64,000 bases of DNA from Candidatus Omnitrophota bacterium. Its GTDB lineage: Bacteria > Omnitrophota > Gorgyraeia > Zapsychrales > JANLHA01. Every line of letters starts with the position of its first letter. Within the stretch, counting starts at the first letter, position 1. A model generated the notes under the pieces. That model saw only the letters and a list, made by a program, of their open reading frames with translations. It made no database searches and had not been told where the DNA came from. The stretch is from contig JAKQKX010000090.1 of the NCBI GenBank assembly GCA_029560465.1, positions 8,189-72,188 on the forward strand. The letters are read 5' to 3'. The translations under genes and the position numbers were made by a program. Positions 1 through 10,472 of this stretch are shown here, piece by piece.

Positions 1-825
1 CTTGGCGATATACAAATTCCTTTTCAGGTCCCCCCCTTTAAGCGCTTCATCCGGCGCCAAAGGGATATCCAAATCCCGGGGATCGACCTCGTAAGACACC
101 ACGGACCGGCCATTCCATTCCGAAACAAACGTTGGGCCGGTTGTTGTCACCTCATCCAACCCGTCGCTACCGTGGACAACCAGGGCTTTCTTTAAGCCCA
201 GATTCTGTAAGACATGCGCCAACGGATCCACAAGGTCCCGAGCATAAACCCCCATCAGCTGGTGCGTCGCCCGCGCCGGATTAATCAAGGGGCCCAAGAT
301 ATTAAAAATAGTTTCGACTCCCAAGGCTCTCCGGACCGGGGCGACATTCTTCATCGCCGGATGAAGTTTCTGGGCGAACAGGAAAACAATCCCGGTCTGA
401 TCCAGGCACGGCCCCAACTGGTGATAATCAATATCCAGATTAACCCCCAACGCTTCCAAGAGGTCCGCGCTGCCGCACTTACTCGAGACCGAACGGTTGC
501 CGTGCTTGGCCACCACCACGCCGGCCCCGGCCACCACAAACGCCGTGATCGTTGAAATATTAAAGGTGTGCTTTTTATCTCCGCCAGTCCCGCACGTGTC
601 CAAAACCAGCGGATGGCTGGTCTGAACGGATAAATAGAACCTTTGCAATAACCGGGCCGCACCCGTGATCTCATCTATCGTCGGGCCTTTTAAGTTAAGC
701 GCCAGAAGCCAGTCGGCAACCATCTGCTCCGGGGCCTTCCCCGACATAATATGCTCCATGACGGATTCGATCTCCTGGGTGGTCAGATCCTCTTTCCTCT
801 TTAATTTCTCAACATATTCTTTCAT
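1..825 (-). CDS. trpD: anthranilate phosphoribosyltransferase TrpD, N-terminal ~275 aa; C-terminus runs past window start
   Basis: Manual minus-strand translation from ATG at 825 gives [95 protein letters not shown], including the TrpD DTCGTGGD motif. The start overlaps the trpG stop (ATGA). It is absent from the ORF track only because there is no stop codon within the window. Confidence 0.8.
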   Translation of the reverse strand, partial: MKEYVEKLKRKEDLTTQEIESVMEHIMSGKAPEQMVADWLLALNLKGPTIDEITGAARLLQRFYLSVQTSHPLVLDTCGTGGDKKHTFNISTITAFVVAGAGVVVAKHGNRSVSSKCGSADLLEALGVNLDIDYHQLGPCLDQTGIVFLFAQKLHPAMKNVAPVRRALGVETIFNILGPLINPARATHQLMGVYARDLVDPLAHVLQNLGLKKALVVHGSDGLDEVTTTGPTFVSEWNGRSVVSYEVDPRDLDIPLAPDEALKGGDLKRNLYIAK

Positions 826-1394
826 GACATCCTTAAAAAATTGGCTAAAATTGTTTTCCCAGCCAGGGTTAAAATCGATTCCGGATGAAATTGTACGCCC
901 CACAACGGAAACGCTTTATGCCGCAAAGCCATAATTTCCTTATCCCGGTCACGGGTCCAAGCGGTCACCTCCAAGCAGTCCGGCAACGACCGGGGATCCA
1001 CGACAAGGGAATGGTACCGCGTCGCGGAAAAAGGATTCTCCACCTTGTCAAAAATCTCCTTGCCGTCATGAACAATCTCGGATGTCTTACCGTGCATAAG
1101 GCGTTTGGCCTGGATAATCTTGGCGCCGTAAGCGGTGCCAATTGCCTGATGGCCAAGGCACACTCCCAAGACCGGAATTCTTCCGGCGAAATCCTGAATG
1201 ACCTGGACAGAAATCCCGGCGGCTTCCGGCCGGCCGGGGCCGGGAGAAATCACGATCCGTTCCGGCCGCATTTTCTGAATCCTCGCCACGGTTAAAGCGT
1301 CGTTGCGGAACACGGAAACATCAGCTTTCAGCTCCCCGAAATACTGAACAAGGTTGTACGTAAACGAATCATAATTATCGATGACAAGGACCAT
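822..1394 (-). CDS. trpG: anthranilate synthase component II / aminodeoxychorismate synthase glutamine amidotransferase
   Basis: 190 aa with class I glutamine amidotransferase motifs ([16 protein letters not shown]). Translationally coupled to trpD. Confidence 0.9.
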   Translation of the reverse strand: MVLVIDNYDSFTYNLVQYFGELKADVSVFRNDALTVARIQKMRPERIVISPGPGRPEAAGISVQVIQDFAGRIPVLGVCLGHQAIGTAYGAKIIQAKRLMHGKTSEIVHDGKEIFDKVENPFSATRYHSLVVDPRSLPDCLEVTAWTRDRDKEIMALRHKAFPLWGVQFHPESILTLAGKTILANFLRMS

Positions 1395-1415
1395 GGATGG
1401 CTCACTACAAATATT

Positions 1416-2678
1416 TTATTCCTGTTCCCGGTAAACGGTGGCGCCCAAAGCCGTGAGCTTCGCGTCAAGGTCTTCATAGCCGCGGTCCAGGTGGTAAATC
1501 CTGTGTATTTCAGTTTTTCCCTTGGCGGCCAGGCCCGCGATCACCAGCGCCGCGGAGGCCCTTAAATCCGAAGCCATGACCGGTGCGCCGTATAACACTT
1601 TGACGCCTTCAATAATCGCCGTGTTCCCGTCCCGACGGATGTTGGCGCCCATACGGTTTAACTCCGCGATATGGATAAACCGGTCCGGGAAAACCTTGTC
1701 CGTGATGATGCTCACACCCGGCGTTAACGCCATCAGCGCCATAAACTGCGCCTGCAAATCCGTGGGGAACCCTGGGTAAGGGTACGTCGTGACACTCGTC
1801 GGCTGATACGACGTCGTGCTGCGGATCCACATTGTGTCCCCTTCAATTTTAAACTTGACCCCGACTTCCGTGAGTTTGTCAATCAAAGCCAAAAGATGCC
1901 CCGCATTGACATGCCGCAGCGTCAGATGCCCTTTGGTCGCCGCCGCCAGCACTATATACGTCCCCGCCTCGATCCGGTCCGGGATAATATCATATTCCAC
2001 CCCGTGCAACGCCTTGACCCCCCGGATGGTCAACCCAGGGGACCCAATGCCTTCTATATCCGCCCCCATGGCTTTCAAACAGCGGGCCAGGTCCTCCATC
2101 TCCGGTTCGCAGGCCGCCGAAGCGATCACCGTTTCTCCTTTGGCCAGCACCGCCGCCATCATCACGTTAGCGGTCGCCAGGACTGAAGGGCCGAAATCCC
2201 CGCCAAGATAAATATGCTGGCCCACAAGCTCCTTCGCATCAGCGCAGACATACCCGTTCTCAATGTGCATCTTGGCTCCCAGACTTTTTAAACCTTTCAT
2301 GTGCAGGTCAACCGGCCTGACGCCGATGACACAGCCGCCCGGCAATGACACTTTGGCTTGTTTCATTTTAGCCAGCAAGGGGCCCAGCACACAAAACGAC
2401 CCCCGCATCGTTGAAACCAGCGCGTAATCCGCAAAGGACTGGGGAGAGCCGTTCGAAGTGATGGTCAGAGTATTCCCGGTAAAATCCACGTTTTTCCCCA
2501 GCGAATGGAGCAGCTTGATCATTGTGAACGTGTCCCGCAAATGCGGGACATTCCTGATCACGCATGGATCGTCGGTGAGCAAAGTGGCGGCGAGGATCGG
2601 CAACGTTGCGTTTTTGGAACCGCTGATTTGTATTTCGCCTTTTAAGGGACGATTCCCTTCTATAACCAATTTTTCCAT
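1416..2678 (-). CDS. murA: UDP-N-acetylglucosamine 1-carboxyvinyltransferase
   Basis: 420 aa with typical MurA N-terminus (MEKLVIEGNRPLKGEIQISGSKNATLPILAATLL) and EPSP-synthase fold repeats. Confidence 0.93.
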   Translation of the reverse strand: MEKLVIEGNRPLKGEIQISGSKNATLPILAATLLTDDPCVIRNVPHLRDTFTMIKLLHSLGKNVDFTGNTLTITSNGSPQSFADYALVSTMRGSFCVLGPLLAKMKQAKVSLPGGCVIGVRPVDLHMKGLKSLGAKMHIENGYVCADAKELVGQHIYLGGDFGPSVLATANVMMAAVLAKGETVIASAACEPEMEDLARCLKAMGADIEGIGSPGLTIRGVKALHGVEYDIIPDRIEAGTYIVLAAATKGHLTLRHVNAGHLLALIDKLTEVGVKFKIEGDTMWIRSTTSYQPTSVTTYPYPGFPTDLQAQFMALMALTPGVSIITDKVFPDRFIHIAELNRMGANIRRDGNTAIIEGVKVLYGAPVMASDLRASAALVIAGLAAKGKTEIHRIYHLDRGYEDLDAKLTALGATVYREQE

Positions 2679-2714
2679 GATAAATATTTTTGTTATACGG
2701 CACCCAGCCTGGTT

Positions 2715-3511
2715 TTAACGCAAAGATTTCCGGGCGACCAGAATGCGGTCCACCCCAGAATAGTCTTTTTTAAATTCATACTCGCAAAATTGAGAATTGT
2801 TTTCAAGATATTTTTCCAGGGATTTCGAATGCCCGTCCCCGATTTCCAGCAATAAAAATGCCCCTGGCTTCAAAACCGCCGGCCCCAGGGAAAGAATATC
2901 TTTTAAAAACGCCATCCCGTCCTCCCCTCCATCCAACGCCGCGCGCGGTTCCCTCCGGACATCAGCCGGTAGTGTGTCCAGGTCGCCAGACGAGACATAC
3001 GGCGGGTTTGACAAAATCATATCATACGGCTCCCGGGCAGCCGCCGCCGACAGGAAAAGCCGCATATCGTTATGAACAAACCGGATCTTCCTGTCCATCC
3101 GATGTTTCCGGGCATTGCCCGACGCCACCTCCAAAGCCTCCGGGAATATGTCCACGCTGTCAACCAGCGCATCGTCAAGCAAGGCCGCGCAGCTCACCGC
3201 GATATTCCCTGACCCCGTCCCCAGATCCAAAATACGAAACGTCCCGCCGCCTCGGGGAACCAAGGACAAGGCTGTTTCCACCAGGATCTCGGTTTCAGGG
3301 CGGGGGATAAGCACCTGCGGGTTGACATGAAACGCCATCCCCATGAAATCTGTTTCTCCCAGAATATATTGCAGGGGCTCCCCCTCCCGCCGCCTCTCCC
3401 GAATACGGCGGATGGCCTCCTCCTGTTCCACGGTAGGCACCACAGCATCGACATACAGGTCAACGCGCCGGCAATTCAAAACAGAAGTTTTAATCAGTTC
3501 CGTTTCATTCA
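2715..3511 (-). CDS. prmC: release factor glutamine N5-methyltransferase PrmC/HemK
   Basis: SAM-methyltransferase motifs [12 protein letters not shown] and NPPY. Start set at MNETELIK (3511), which overlaps the prfA stop. The upstream extension in the ORF track is probably not translated. Confidence 0.85.
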
Positions 3512-4572
3512 TGACTGTGCGCCTCAAACTCGGCTTCCGCCTGCAGAAGAGCGTCAATAATCGGGTCGAGATCCCCATCCAAGACGTTCTGAAGCTGATG
3601 AGTCGTGAACCCAATACGGTGATCCGTCACGCGGCGGTCCGGAAAATTGTAAGTTCTGATTTTTTCGCTACGGTCTCCAGTCCCCACTTTCGCTTTCCTG
3701 TCCCGGGTCGCCTTGTCCTGGTTCTCCTGCTGAATCTTGTCCAATATCCGGGCCCGGAGGACCCTCATCGCTTTCATTTTGTTTTTCAACTGCGAGCGTT
3801 CGTCCTGACAGATCACAACAATACCCGTTGGGAAATGAGTAATGCGGATCGCCGAATCCGTCGTGTTAACACTCTGTCCGCCGGGGCCGGATGAACGGAA
3901 CACATCGATCTTCAAATCCTTGGGGTCGATCGACACCTCCACCTCTTCCGGCTCAAACAGGACCGCCACCGTGGCCGCGGAGGTATGAATACGGCCCGAG
4001 GCCTCCGTGACCGGGACGCGCTGAACCCGGTGCGCCCCGCTCTCGTATTTCAAATTCTTGGAAGCACCTTTCCCGCTGATGCTAAACACAACTTCCTTAA
4101 AGCCCCCGGTTTCCGACTCATGCTCACTCATCGCTTCGGCTTTCCATCCCTTTCTTTCGGCGTATTTTGTATACATCCGGTAAAGATCCGCCGCGAACAA
4201 GCTGGCTTCCTGCCCGCCGGTACCGGCCCGGATTTCAAGAATCAAATCCCGGGATGCCTCCTCTTTTTTGGGGTACAGCAGTTCCTTCAGCAGGATTTCC
4301 TGGGCTTCTATTTTCCGAGTCAGCTCTTTAAACTCCGCCCGCGCCAATTCTTCAAAATCCCGGTCATGTTTTTCCGTCAGCAACTGGCGCAAGTCAGAAA
4401 CCTGCTGATCATTTTTTTTATACTGCCGATACGCCTCAATGAGGGGGGTCAAAGACGCGAATTCCTTGGCAAGCTTTTGATACAGGCTCTGGTCGGCGAT
4501 CACTTCCGGATCACCCAGTTGCTGCTCCAGGATCTGATACCGTTCCAAAGACTTTTTTAATTTTTCTTCCAT
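3505..4572 (-). CDS. prfA: peptide chain release factor 1
   Basis: GGQ motif ([26 protein letters not shown]) and RF1-like N-terminus starting at MEEKLKK. Confidence 0.93.
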   Translation of the reverse strand: MEEKLKKSLERYQILEQQLGDPEVIADQSLYQKLAKEFASLTPLIEAYRQYKKNDQQVSDLRQLLTEKHDRDFEELARAEFKELTRKIEAQEILLKELLYPKKEEASRDLILEIRAGTGGQEASLFAADLYRMYTKYAERKGWKAEAMSEHESETGGFKEVVFSISGKGASKNLKYESGAHRVQRVPVTEASGRIHTSAATVAVLFEPEEVEVSIDPKDLKIDVFRSSGPGGQSVNTTDSAIRITHFPTGIVVICQDERSQLKNKMKAMRVLRARILDKIQQENQDKATRDRKAKVGTGDRSEKIRTYNFPDRRVTDHRIGFTTHQLQNVLDGDLDPIIDALLQAEAEFEAHSHE

Positions 4573-4622
4573 AAAACATACTCCGGGCACCGCCCGTGAC
4601 TGGCTCCAACCTTCAGAAAAAT

Positions 4623-4835
4623 TTATTTATTTTTCATCCCCTGATAACGCTGTTTGAAGCGTTCGATACGGCCGGCAGAGTCGACATACTTCTTTTCTCC
4701 GGTAAAAAACGGGTGGCATTGAGAGCAAATCTCAACGCGGATGTTTTTCTTGGTGGAACGCGTATGAACCACTTCACCGCAGGCGCAGGTGATCGTCGTT
4801 TCATGGTATTCCGGGTGAATTTTCTCTTTCATCAT
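4623..4835 (-). CDS. rpmE: 50S ribosomal protein L31 (zinc-binding type)
   Basis: 70 aa with CxC...CxxC zinc ribbon (TCACGEVV ... [10 protein letters not shown]). Preceded by RBS aggagg. Confidence 0.9.
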   Translation of the reverse strand: MMKEKIHPEYHETTITCACGEVVHTRSTKKNIRVEICSQCHPFFTGEKKYVDSAGRIERFKQRYQGMKNK

Positions 4836-4924
4836 CTCCTCCTTAAGGGTCTCTTGCGGCCTCTCTTCTCATTCCATGTGTTTGCCGCACAGGCGCGCGG
4901 GCCCATAGCCAGGCCCTGCCTTGT

Positions 4925-6292
4925 TTATTTATTCATGTTCTGCAAAAACTCCTGATTGCTTTTAAACTTCGATATTTTATCAATAAGGAGCTCCATCGCT
5001 TCCGCTGAATTCAAATCGTTGATGGCTTTTCTCAGCAGCCAAATCCGCTGCAGGACATCTTCGGCCAGGAGCAATTCTTCATGCCGGGTGTTGGAACGTT
5101 TGATGTCAATGGCCGGATAAATCCGCCGCTGAAACAAGTTCCGGTCCAGCTGAAGTTCCATGTTGCCGGTGCCCTTGAATTCCTCAAAAATCACTTCATC
5201 CATGCGGCTGCCGGTGTCCACCAAGGCCGTGGAAATGATGGTCAAACTGCCGCCCTCGTCTAAAGCGCGGGCCGCCCCAAAAAACCGTTTAGGCTTATGC
5301 AGGGCGTTGGAATCAACCCCGCCGGACAGGATTTTCCCGCTATGGGGGACAACCGTGTTATAAGCCCTGGCTAGACGGGTAATACTGTCCAACAATATTA
5401 CCACATCCCGCTTGTGTTCCACCAATCTTTTTGCTTTCTCTAAAACAATTTCCGCGATCTGCACATGGCGCTCCGCCGGCTCGTCGAACGTGGAAGCGAT
5501 GACCTCGCCTTTCACGCTGCGCTGCATGTCCGTAACCTCCTCAGGGCGTTCATCGATCAACAAAACGATCAGGATGACATCAGGGTTGCTTTTGGTGATG
5601 GAATTCGCGATTTTCTGCAGCAACACCGTTTTCCCGCTGTAGGGAGGGGCCACGATCAGCGCCCGCTGGCCTTTGCCAATAGGGGTCAAAAGGTCCATAA
5701 TCCGCATGGAAACTTCGCTGGCTTCCGTTTCTAAAACAATGCGTTCATGAGGGTACAGAGGCGTTAAATTATCAAAGAGGATTTTATCTTTACATTTTTC
5801 AGGATTCTCATAATTGACCGCTTCCACTTTCAAAAGGGCGAAATATTTCTCCCCTTCTTTCGGCGGACGGATGTGCCCGCTGACAATATCCCCCGTCTTT
5901 AAATCAAACCTCCTGATCTGGGACGGGGAAATATAAATATCATCCGGACACGGGAGATAATTGTAGTTGGCGCTGCGCAGGAACCCAAACCCCTCAGAAA
6001 GGATCTCCAGCGTCCCCTCGCCGTACATCAAACCGGCCTGCTCCGCTTTCTTCTGCAGGATTTTGAAAATCAAATCCTGTTTTTTGCTGCCGCTGATCCC
6101 GTTGATATCCATTTCCTTGGCCAGTTTGCCAAGCTCGGACACTTTCATATCTTTTAAGGTGCCGATATCCAGTTGCTCGCTCTGGTCGCCGCCATTCCCA
6201 TTCGTCGTTTTCTGTTCCTCCACCCCTTCCTTCTTTTTAACCTTATCTCCCGCTTTTGTTGACGCTCTCTGCATACTCTTTACCCCCCTCAT
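4925..6292 (-). CDS. rho: transcription termination factor Rho with N-terminal K/E/G-rich extension
   Basis: RNA-binding NTD ([31 protein letters not shown]), Walker A ([16 protein letters not shown]), Q-loop and R-loop regions. About 40 aa of low-complexity sequence precedes the NTD. Confidence 0.93.
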   Translation of the reverse strand: MRGVKSMQRASTKAGDKVKKKEGVEEQKTTNGNGGDQSEQLDIGTLKDMKVSELGKLAKEMDINGISGSKKQDLIFKILQKKAEQAGLMYGEGTLEILSEGFGFLRSANYNYLPCPDDIYISPSQIRRFDLKTGDIVSGHIRPPKEGEKYFALLKVEAVNYENPEKCKDKILFDNLTPLYPHERIVLETEASEVSMRIMDLLTPIGKGQRALIVAPPYSGKTVLLQKIANSITKSNPDVILIVLLIDERPEEVTDMQRSVKGEVIASTFDEPAERHVQIAEIVLEKAKRLVEHKRDVVILLDSITRLARAYNTVVPHSGKILSGGVDSNALHKPKRFFGAARALDEGGSLTIISTALVDTGSRMDEVIFEEFKGTGNMELQLDRNLFQRRIYPAIDIKRSNTRHEELLLAEDVLQRIWLLRKAINDLNSAEAMELLIDKISKFKSNQEFLQNMNK

Positions 6293-6296
6293 TGTA

Positions 6297-6926
6297 TTAA
6301 TGATTCCTCTTTGTCTTGTTTATAGGCGCCCCCTGAACGTGAGTGTCCCAGAATTGTTGCACCTGAGATCGCGTTTCTTTTAGGGAACCCCGGTTGTCTA
6401 TAATAATATCCGCCTGGCGCATTTTGTCCCGCAGAGGCATCTGCGCCCGGATTCTTTTTAATCTGTCCGAACGGGTCAAGACCGTTCGCGACGCCGTCCT
6501 CAACAACTGATCTTTCTGGGTCGCCCTGACCACAACCGTCATGTCCACCAGAAACTGCAGGCCAGCTTCAAACAAAAGGGGGATATCCAAAACAACGGCC
6601 CTGACCCGCCTATCCTTTTTTAATCCCGCCAATTGCTTTTTGATATCCCGGACAACTTCCGGATGCACAAGCGATTCCAAAATTTTTCTTTGCCCCTGAT
6701 CCGGGAAAACAAGGCCAGACAATTTTTTCCGGTCAATATCCCCGCTCTCCGTCAAGACACGGGGGCCGAACACCTGGACAATCGCCTCGTAACACCGCCC
6801 TCTCGTTGACAGCAGGGCATGGACAATACGATCGGCATCAATCACAGAAGCCCCCAGATCAGCGAACATCCCCGCGACCGTGGACTTTCCCGTCCCATAA
6901 CTGCCGGTCACTCCGATAATGAACAT
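6297..6926 (-). CDS. coaE: dephospho-CoA kinase
   Basis: P-loop [12 protein letters not shown]; start chosen at MFIIGVTGS. The ORF-track N-terminal extension would overlap the polA end. Confidence 0.85.
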   Translation of the reverse strand: MFIIGVTGSYGTGKSTVAGMFADLGASVIDADRIVHALLSTRGRCYEAIVQVFGPRVLTESGDIDRKKLSGLVFPDQGQRKILESLVHPEVVRDIKKQLAGLKKDRRVRAVVLDIPLLFEAGLQFLVDMTVVVRATQKDQLLRTASRTVLTRSDRLKRIRAQMPLRDKMRQADIIIDNRGSLKETRSQVQQFWDTHVQGAPINKTKRNH

Positions 6927-6943
6927 ACCGCGCCTTCTTCCCG

Positions 6944-9505
6944 TTACACTTTTTCCATCTGAAGCCAGTTGGCTCCGCATTTGATACTCACTTTGATGGG
7001 GACATCCAGAGTCAACGCATTTTCCATATAATCCCTGATCAAGGGGATCAACCTCCCCTTCTCGTCATCCGGGGCATCAAAAACCAGCTCATCGTGAACC
7101 GTGATGATCATCCGGGACCGCAACCCCTGCCGGTCCATCTCCTCAAAAATCCTGATCATGGCCAACTTGATCAGATCCGCGGCCGTTCCCTGGACCGGCG
7201 TGTTAATGGCCTGCCGCTGCGCGAATTGGCGGACCGCCATATTACGGCTTAGGATATCGGGGATATAACGCCGACGCTGCAATAACGTCATCACATATCC
7301 TTTTTCTTCACATTCCCTGATCTGGTCATCCATGAATGTTTTCACGCGCGGGTACCTTAAAAAATACCGGTCAATAAAATCCGCGGCCTGGGATTGAGGG
7401 ATATTCAAATCCTTCGCCAGCCCAAAAGCACTCATCCCGTAAATAATCCCGAAATTCACCCGTTTCGCTGACGCGCGCATGTCAGAAGAGACATCCCGTT
7501 CTGGAACGTCAAAAATCAACCCGGCGGTATATGTATGAATGTCCTGATCCTGGCAGAAAGCGCGCAGGAGGTTGTCATCCTTGGACAAATGCGCCAAGAC
7601 CCGCAGCTCAATCTGCGAATAATCCGCCGAGATAATCCAGTGCCCTTCCCGGGAGGGGATAAACGCCTTGCGGATCTCCCGGCCCAGGTCGGTCCGGATC
7701 GGGATGTTCTGCAGATTGGGGTTATTCGAACTCAACCGGCCCGTTTCCGTGCCAGTCTGGTTAAACGTCGCATGAATGCGCTGTGTCCGGGGATCGACCA
7801 GTTTGGGCAGCGCGTCAATATAGGTTGATTTGAGCTTAGCCAGCTGACGGTACTCCAGAATTAACGCCGGAAGCGGATGGCGCGCCGCCAAACGCGTCAA
7901 AACATCCTCATTGGTCGAGCAGCCGGTTTTGGTCCGTTTGATCACCGGCAACTTGAGCCGCGTGAACAGGACATGGCTCAGCTGTTTAGGAGAATTCAGG
8001 TTAAATTCCTCACCGGCCAGGGCAAAGAGTTCCTGATGCAAAGCTGTTATCCGCCGGTCACACTCCCCCGACAAAATCTTTAAAAGGCCGGTATCGACCT
8101 TAACGCCCTCCTCTTCCATCGCGCACAACACCTTGGAAAGCGGCATTTCAATGTCCAAATACAACTTCATAAGGTTATGTTTCTTGAGTTCTGCCTGCAA
8201 GGGTTCTGCCAACCGCAACAAAACGTGCGCCTGTTCGCCGCCATTCCCGGCTTTCCCGGTCGTGAGCTTCAAATAATCCCAGCCCAGATCCATGATCCCG
8301 GCGTTCCCCCTGGCCGGCGAGAGCAAATACGCCGCCAACTTGGCATCAAAAACTTCACCGTTTATTGAAATCCCAACGGCAGCAAGCCTCTTTAACATCA
8401 TTTTGTAATCGAAAGTGTTCTTTCGAATGCGGCCATCCAGAAAAAGGGCTTTCAGCCTGGAGACCGCGGACAAGGGCAATTTCCACACCAGGTCTGGCGG
8501 ACAAGCGACAAAAAAATTCTTTTCAAGCCACGTCTCTTCCCCCGCATCCTCATCAAAAAGGAAGGTCAATTCCCCGGCCGCAAGGACCGCCTCGGAGATC
8601 GTCTGAATATCCCCGTGCGCTTGAACATGTCCCGCCGGCTCGTCCGCGTCATGTGGGGCCTGTTCCCGCAATTCCGTGACAAAACGCTTGAACTCGAGTT
8701 CTGAAAATATCCGCAGCAACTGTTCATGATCCGCGGCCGCAACCCGCATATCTTCAATATGAAACTGGCCCGGCACCCTGGTGTCAAGTTCAGCCAGCTC
8801 TTTCGATAACAAGGCTTGCGCTTTTTGCGCTTCCAGCCGGTCCCGAAGAGACTTCGGCTCCACCCTGTCTAACTTCCGGTACATCTCTTCCACGTGACCA
8901 TAACGCCCGATCAAATGCCGGGCGGAAGCTTCGCCGATACCCCGGACGCCGGGGATGTTGTCCACTTTATCACCCGCCAGGGCGATAAAATCCGTCACGA
9001 ACTCCGGGGCCAAGCCCAAAAGTTCCTTGACGGCATCCGCATCAATGACCGCGTCTTTACGGACGCTTAAGACGCGCACATGGTCGTTGACAAGCTGAAA
9101 CATATCCTTATCGTCACTCACAATAACAATATTCATCCCGGACGAAGAAAAGATCCCGGCGATCGTCGCAATAATATCGTCCGCCTCGTACCCCGGGTAT
9201 TCCAGGACCGGGATCCGGTACCCGGCCACAACATCCTTAATAAGGGGCATTTGAGAAACCAGATCCTCGGGCATGCTCGGCCGCTGGATTTTATAATCCG
9301 CATATCTCTCCTGGCGGCGGGTCCGGGCCGGCGAATCAAAACACACCGCCATATATTGCGGTTGCCGTTCCCGGAGCAATTTTTTCAACGTGCTGACAAA
9401 ACCGTAGACCGCGTTCGTCTTCTGACCCTTGCTGTTGGCCAAATCCTTGATGGCATAAAAAGACCGGTAACACAGCGCGTGCGCATCAATTAAATAAAGT
9501 TCCAT
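6944..9505 (-). CDS. polA: DNA polymerase I
   Basis: 853 aa with 5'-3' exonuclease N-terminus (MELYLIDAHALCYRSFYA) and family A polymerase motifs A (DYSQIELR), B (RRxAKxxNFGxxYG) and C (VHDE). Confidence 0.93.
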   Translation of the reverse strand: MELYLIDAHALCYRSFYAIKDLANSKGQKTNAVYGFVSTLKKLLRERQPQYMAVCFDSPARTRRQERYADYKIQRPSMPEDLVSQMPLIKDVVAGYRIPVLEYPGYEADDIIATIAGIFSSSGMNIVIVSDDKDMFQLVNDHVRVLSVRKDAVIDADAVKELLGLAPEFVTDFIALAGDKVDNIPGVRGIGEASARHLIGRYGHVEEMYRKLDRVEPKSLRDRLEAQKAQALLSKELAELDTRVPGQFHIEDMRVAAADHEQLLRIFSELEFKRFVTELREQAPHDADEPAGHVQAHGDIQTISEAVLAAGELTFLFDEDAGEETWLEKNFFVACPPDLVWKLPLSAVSRLKALFLDGRIRKNTFDYKMMLKRLAAVGISINGEVFDAKLAAYLLSPARGNAGIMDLGWDYLKLTTGKAGNGGEQAHVLLRLAEPLQAELKKHNLMKLYLDIEMPLSKVLCAMEEEGVKVDTGLLKILSGECDRRITALHQELFALAGEEFNLNSPKQLSHVLFTRLKLPVIKRTKTGCSTNEDVLTRLAARHPLPALILEYRQLAKLKSTYIDALPKLVDPRTQRIHATFNQTGTETGRLSSNNPNLQNIPIRTDLGREIRKAFIPSREGHWIISADYSQIELRVLAHLSKDDNLLRAFCQDQDIHTYTAGLIFDVPERDVSSDMRASAKRVNFGIIYGMSAFGLAKDLNIPQSQAADFIDRYFLRYPRVKTFMDDQIRECEEKGYVMTLLQRRRYIPDILSRNMAVRQFAQRQAINTPVQGTAADLIKLAMIRIFEEMDRQGLRSRMIITVHDELVFDAPDDEKGRLIPLIRDYMENALTLDVPIKVSIKCGANWLQMEKV

Positions 9506-9554
9506 CCAGGCCTGGTCCTATAAGTATGTCGTGTTAAATACCGATATAATTGAA

Positions 9555-10403
9555 TTATTCAAAAGGTTGAACTGGTTGTTCAGGGAGCAAGGAGAGTATT
9601 TCCTGAAACATATCTCTGGCAGAATCAAGGTCCCCCGCATCCAAACGTTCCGTCGCATCATGCACTAAAAATTTTATCTTGTCTATCTTCTGCAAATAAC
9701 AGGCTTGTTGTTGGGCTCTAATAATTTTTGGGTTCCCCGGGGTCAGAAGCAAAGCCCGGTCAAATTCCGCGAGTGCTTCCGAGTAACTTTTTCTGTCCAG
9801 CAAAGATTCACCGGCTTGATAATGATTTTCCGCCCGCCGGACCTGCAAGCTAAACTCCTCATGAGCCTGGAGAACTAACTCATTAGCGAGCTGATCAGCC
9901 TTCTTGCGGGTGATTTCCTGTTTAAAATACGGGTTAATCCTCAGGAGCTCTTTCAAAGCCGCATCTTTCCAGGGGTCTCCTTCCGGGGCCCGGAGATACC
10001 GCGCCCGGAAATAAATTTCGGCGTTCTGAACATCCCCTAATGTCTGATAAAGGTACGCAAGATTTGTATACGGGGGTAAATAATCAGGATTATGTTTAAT
10101 GGACTTCAGATAATACGCTCTTGCCTGTTGCCAATCCCCCAATTGTTCGTATACAACCCCGATATCATTGTAAAGGACTTCATTTTCTTTGCCGAGCTCT
10201 AAGGCTTTCGTGTAAAAAGCTAACGCTTTGTCAAAATGGCCGTTCTTCTGTTCATCATATCCTTGAGCACGATAATTCTGATTTAATTTTTCGGTATTAT
10301 TGGCAAATGCACTTAATTGAAAGGTTAATAAGGAAATGAAAAAAAATGCGGACGCTCTCCAACTGGCTATTCTTAACGCTTTCTTAGAGTAAAGATAATA
10401 CAT
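9555..10403 (-). CDS. secreted tetratricopeptide (TPR) repeat protein
   Basis: Hydrophobic N-terminal segment, then repeated TPR consensus (ALAFYTKALEL, ARAYYLKSIKHNPDY, YTNLAYLYQTLGD). Confidence 0.7.
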   Translation of the reverse strand: MYYLYSKKALRIASWRASAFFFISLLTFQLSAFANNTEKLNQNYRAQGYDEQKNGHFDKALAFYTKALELGKENEVLYNDIGVVYEQLGDWQQARAYYLKSIKHNPDYLPPYTNLAYLYQTLGDVQNAEIYFRARYLRAPEGDPWKDAALKELLRINPYFKQEITRKKADQLANELVLQAHEEFSLQVRRAENHYQAGESLLDRKSYSEALAEFDRALLLTPGNPKIIRAQQQACYLQKIDKIKFLVHDATERLDAGDLDSARDMFQEILSLLPEQPVQPFE

Positions 10404-10472
10404 ATTTTGAGTTTTTGCAAGTAAAAATATTTAATACCGGAGTTCGGAATTCGGGGACAAATTATGCTACTT

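Noticed and set aside
214-674. ORF-track entries 214-555 (+) and 351-674 (-) at the left edge
   Set aside because: They are off-frame or antisense overlaps of trpD. The in-frame minus translation from 825 gives an unambiguous TrpD sequence including DTCGTGGD.
4836-4924. GC-rich palindromic patch (ggcgcgcc, cagggcctgg) between rho and rpmE as a terminator
   Set aside because: No convincing stem followed by a U-tract. It more likely serves as the rpmE 5' UTR with its RBS (aggagg).
10404-10472. Near-palindrome cggaattcgg and promoter-like hexamers between the oxidoreductase homolog and TPR gene
   Set aside because: Imperfect palindrome; hexamer spacing does not fit sigma70 consensus. Too weak to call.
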